Assembly: GCA_042217545.1 (NCBI GenBank)
Contig: JBDGSM010000028.1
Coordinates: 10,834 to 33,581, forward strand
DNA length: 22,748 nucleotides
Direction: 5' to 3'
Source of the DNA: Candidatus Nanohalobium sp.
GTDB taxonomy: Archaea; Nanohalarchaeota; Nanosalinia; Nanosalinales; Nanosalinaceae
Below the pieces are notes generated by a model, which saw only the letters and a program-made list of their open reading frames with translations, did no database searches and was not told where the DNA came from. Positions 20,101-22,748 of this stretch are shown in pieces. Position 1 is the first letter of the stretch; every line of letters starts with the position of its first letter. The position numbers were made by a program, and so were the translations under genes.

Positions 20101-20995
20101 TGAAAAAGTATACGACATATCAGTAGAGGATACAGAGAAATTCGTCACGGCAGAAGGCCTGGTCCTACATAACTCTTTCTACGGTTACCTGGGCTATAAC
20201 GGCGCCCGCTGGTACTCGAGAGAGGCCGCGGAGGCCACGACTTACATGGGCCGTGAATACATCGAGGAGACTATCGAGATGGCTGAAGCAGAAGGCTACG
20301 AGATCGTCTATGGGGATACGGATAGCGTATTCCTCAAAAAAGATAATATAAAGGAGGATGTCCATGGATTCCTAGATAAGGTAAACTCGGAGCTTCCGAA
20401 GTTCATGGAGCTTGAGTTCGAAGGCTTCTTCAAAAGAGGTTTTTTCACTTCAAAGGATTCTGGTGAAGGCGCAAAGAAAAAGTACGCATTGATCGACGAG
20501 GAAGGCAACATGAAGATCACGGGCTTCGAGCAGGTACGCAGGGACTGGAGTCCGATAGCGAAGAGAACTCAGAAAGAAGTCCTGAGAAAAGTCCTGGAGG
20601 ATGATGTCGATGAGGCCTTCGAGGTTGCGAAGGAGCGTATCGAGCAGTTGAAACAGGGCGAGATCCCGATTGAGGATCTGAAGATCTACACTACATTGAC
20701 TAAGCCGCCTGAAGAGTACGAATCGACTTCCCCGCATGTAGAGGCTGCGAAGAAGGCCAAGCAGCGTGGAGAGGAGATCCAGGAGGAGTCAACGATCACT
20801 TATGTCATCACGAGTACCGGGCATTCGATCTCGGACAGGGCGGAGATACTGGAGTACGCGGAGGACTACGATGCTGATTACTATATCGAAAACCAGGTTA
20901 TCCCTGCCGCTCTCCGCGTGCTGAAGGTCTTCGGATACACAGAAGATCAGCTGAAAGGCAAGGGCAAGCAGAGCGGCCTCGGAAGGTTCCAGTAA
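17123..20995 (+). CDS. polB: family B DNA polymerase precursor with one intein (extein about 800 aa)
   Basis: Exo I DLE, Exo II YN.D.FD, Exo III Y...D; DFRSLYP, K...NS.YG, YGDTDS; uracil-pocket EFDIPF; PIP box QSGLGRF; likely ATG at 17123. Confidence 0.97.
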   Translation: MELEAQVLDADYMVEDGEVAVRVFARSRDGEDYLIRDAEFKPYLYIVPEEGLEELRETIEEERPFREDEDELPILEIEEKEMIDGKEEVKVLKVSTNIPANVPKLKNKFWDLEETKECREFDIPFYRRYMMDKGLRPNQWHRFSGESFEPQDMEKGLEVESIEEEEQGSPDWNMLAFDLEVYENEIIMASLYSEDYEKLLTTEEIDEEYVEVVESEKELIERFVEIVNERNVDILTGYNTDEFDFDVLRDGSNRHNMTLSLGRNGERMKFNQRGRFKGARLKGRMHLDLYPFIEHVLAPGIDSETLDLDSVAEEMLGRNKDEMSWEDMKKSWENKENLSEFAQYALKDAELALELAQEIVPQVTELSRITGLIPFDTCRLTYGQLTENFLIREAHLRDLLAENRPSQDSRRKRQRQGAYSGGFVYTPEEGLYEDIVTLDFRSLYPTVMVAHNISPDTLNIEDCRDQFEIEEFDYRFCQDKQGFFPELIEGLVDDRYTIKEEMKEEEKGSADYKALDNEQQAKKILANSVGPHTYLVLEDPGGKIVVKSIKNFYSSLGAEEKPVRGSNVKDVGGWRALSVEGDKAVFKPVYAVSQHEPDDAYRVRTRMGEVTVTGDHSLISMKGESSNRIRDSSFDGLEEVKGSEVAEDDVIAQVKDLELKESQQEVVVPEVLKDCPEDFCLYIPKSENLEKRNWYERRKDLIEAVEDGKNSSDINSSDSFGNKVLAKAREEGLVRKVETVGDQGNIYECEVTEKGREYREFYDTFQKREKTSSHYVIPLEELEELPPREILEKSSVANRSGRARNKIPAVIELDQEFASLLGWFVAEGHFRKDGKENEDYTDSAIASDNPEHREEVQGLFREVFDYDASINGRQVSCCTSTIARLLSRLCGDKAENKKVPAPIFNSERPVREAFLKSYSLGDGDEDGRRFSTISKKLQAGLSTLLKEQDTVLHNGFDTETYRVSKRSRTQGQKIVSGDLYGQNPIEIEQIEKPEKVYDISVEDTEKFVTAEGLVLHNSFYGYLGYNGARWYSREAAEATTYMGREYIEETIEMAEAEGYEIVYGDTDSVFLKKDNIKEDVHGFLDKVNSELPKFMELEFEGFFKRGFFTSKDSGEGAKKKYALIDEEGNMKITGFEQVRRDWSPIAKRTQKEVLRKVLEDDVDEAFEVAKERIEQLKQGEIPIEDLKIYTTLTKPPEEYESTSPHVEAAKKAKQRGEEIQEESTITYVITSTGHSISDRAEILEYAEDYDADYYIENQVIPAALRVLKVFGYTEDQLKGKGKQSGLGRFQ
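18704..20173 (+). mobile_element. intein (490 aa) with LAGLIDADG homing endonuclease at the region III (pol-b) site
   Basis: KILAN|SVGP...VTGDH...LLGWFVAEG...FLKSYSLGDG...VYDISV...LHN|SFYGY. Confidence 0.95.
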
Positions 20996-21028
20996 CGGTT
21001 TTTTAACACCGGATGAGAAGGTTTTCCT

Positions 21029-22300
21029 ATGGTCCTGGGCTTCTCCGGATTCGCCGCCAACGCAGTTATAGGCCTTATCTCTATTGTTCTACTTGTTTTT
21101 GGAGCTGAAATCGTTGTTTCCAAGATGCAGGCAGTTGCGAAGGCCTTCGGAGTCTCCGAGGTCGTTATCGCGATGACCATCGTTGCGGTCGGTACCTCTC
21201 TACCTGAACTGGCTCTGCACTTTATAGGATCGCTTAACATACTACAGAGCTCGGGAGCCATCTTCCAGGTATTTTCCGGCGATATAGCTCATCTTCTGCT
21301 GGTTAGTCACGCAGAAGTAGTCCGGAGCATGGCGGAACAGGGCCTTATAACGGCTCAGGCCTCTGCGAGTTCCACAGAAGTTTTCAGGGAGACATCTGGT
21401 GCAGTTCTGGGCGCGAACATCGGTAGCGACGTTGTCCAGCAGACGCTGGTCCTCGGACTTGTAATCTTTTCCTCGTCGCTGCTTGCTGACCGGCACAGCT
21501 TCCGTTTCTCCAGGAAGTTCCTGATCAGGGATTATGCCCCCATGATGGGGACCACGCTTATGACCCTGATACTAGCACTGAACTGGAGAGGAGTGCTCAG
21601 CTTCCTGACTGGAGGGCCTCTCAAAGTCTCCGGAACTCTCACCCGGCTTGACGGCCTTGTACTGGTAGGTAGCTTTGTAGCTTACATTCTGTACCAGTAC
21701 TCGACCAGGAACGAGGAGCTAGCAGATCAGGGCGACGCCGAACCATCTTCAAGACCCAAGATCGACTTAATTATCGGCCTGTTTGCAATGGGCCTTGTAC
21801 TCGGTTCTGCGGAGATATTTCTTAGAGTTGTGGAGCTTGCAGTCGAACAGACAGGTCTCTCAGGATCGATGATCGGTGTTGCATCTGTAGGTGTCGTTTC
21901 TGCGTTCCCCGAGATGATAACAGCTATCTCTGGCCTTCGCCAGGGAAGTGAAGGTGTCTCGCTGGGAACGCTGATAGGAAGCAACATAACCAACCCTCTG
22001 CTTGCCATCGGCTCCGGAGCGGTCATCTCTACTTACGCGGTTCCAAGGCCTCTGGTGCTCTGGGACCTGCCGATGGAAACCATTACGGCAGGCCTACTCC
22101 TCGGATACATGTTCTCGAAGGAGGCGGTCGGAGATGTACTTGCAAAACCTGCGGAAAAGATCGGGCTTGAACGTACAGCTAAGACATTGAGGGAGACTGA
22201 GAACAGGGTTCTCTCCATAGCCGGAGCAGTATTCCTTATCGCACTCTACTTCATCTACCTGTACGTCAGGTTCACTTACTTCCAGTACGACTTCGCATAG
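21029..22300 (+). CDS. sodium:calcium antiporter (CaCA, YrbG-like)
   Basis: Alpha-repeats GTSLPE...GANI and SAFPE...GSNI; multiple TM helices. Confidence 0.9.
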   Translation: MVLGFSGFAANAVIGLISIVLLVFGAEIVVSKMQAVAKAFGVSEVVIAMTIVAVGTSLPELALHFIGSLNILQSSGAIFQVFSGDIAHLLLVSHAEVVRSMAEQGLITAQASASSTEVFRETSGAVLGANIGSDVVQQTLVLGLVIFSSSLLADRHSFRFSRKFLIRDYAPMMGTTLMTLILALNWRGVLSFLTGGPLKVSGTLTRLDGLVLVGSFVAYILYQYSTRNEELADQGDAEPSSRPKIDLIIGLFAMGLVLGSAEIFLRVVELAVEQTGLSGSMIGVASVGVVSAFPEMITAISGLRQGSEGVSLGTLIGSNITNPLLAIGSGAVISTYAVPRPLVLWDLPMETITAGLLLGYMFSKEAVGDVLAKPAEKIGLERTAKTLRETENRVLSIAGAVFLIALYFIYLYVRFTYFQYDFA

Positions 22301-22309
22301 GTGTAAGAA

Positions 22310-22495
22310 ATGAAGAGGTCAAGTAAAATCAAGCTGGTGTTCGGGTTCGAGGCCTTATCTCTTATAGGCATAGTAGCAGGTATTTACTTCCTTGAAGCCG
22401 ACGTGGCAGAGGCCTATGGTCTGGAGTTCCTAGGCGCAGATCTTGCCGCCATGATAACCACTTTCGGACTGTTAAAGATGAGAGAGCTTACATAG
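22310..22495 (+). CDS. small two-TM membrane protein
   Basis: 61 aa, two hydrophobic segments, AGGTG SD-like sequence upstream, follows the antiporter. Confidence 0.55.
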   Translation: MKRSSKIKLVFGFEALSLIGIVAGIYFLEADVAEAYGLEFLGADLAAMITTFGLLKMRELT

Positions 22496-22497
22496 GT

Positions 22498-22560
22498 CTA
22501 TTTGAAGACTTCTCCGGTCTCCATCGACCAGAGGACAAGATCAAGTTCTTCCAGAGGTAC
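22498..22560 (-). pseudogene. ogg: 3' fragment of an 8-oxoguanine glycosylase/AP lyase (Ogg2-type)
   Basis: VPLEELDLVLWSMETGEVFK* matches the ELDL.(L/I)W...TG.V.K C-terminus of Ogg2; the upstream part is replaced by tnpB sequence. Confidence 0.65.

Positions 22561-22748
<188 letters not shown>

Overview
Archaeal chromosomal DNA from an extreme halophile, most likely Nanohaloarchaeota (DPANN). This is inferred from the very acidic proteins, a single-domain HMf-type histone rather than the haloarchaeal doublet, and many ATG starts about 25 nt after a TATA-like box. Housekeeping genes: PurN-like formyltransferase, Xaa-Pro peptidase, DPCK(DUF359)-PPAT fusion, glyoxalase I, NikR-like regulator, DoxX, dnaJ/dnaK/grpE, YprB-like exonuclease, histone, metallophosphoesterase, intein-containing PolB and a Na+/Ca2+ antiporter. 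Mobile and decayed parts: a complete tnpB-only IS200/IS605 element (11355-12634) inserted silently at a stop codon, a second tnpB 3'/right-end remnant joined to an ogg 3' fragment at the window end, a decayed tandem duplication (898-5254) and a HipA-like kinase pseudogene. Two signals are not explained by the annotation. (1) The palindrome AGGCCT occurs about 76 times by hand count, versus about 5.6 expected, in all reading frames and in intergenic DNA, but not in the IS. (2) A ~600-nt minus-strand, highly base-paired transcript candidate (about 14510-15110) carries two unannotated small ORFs.
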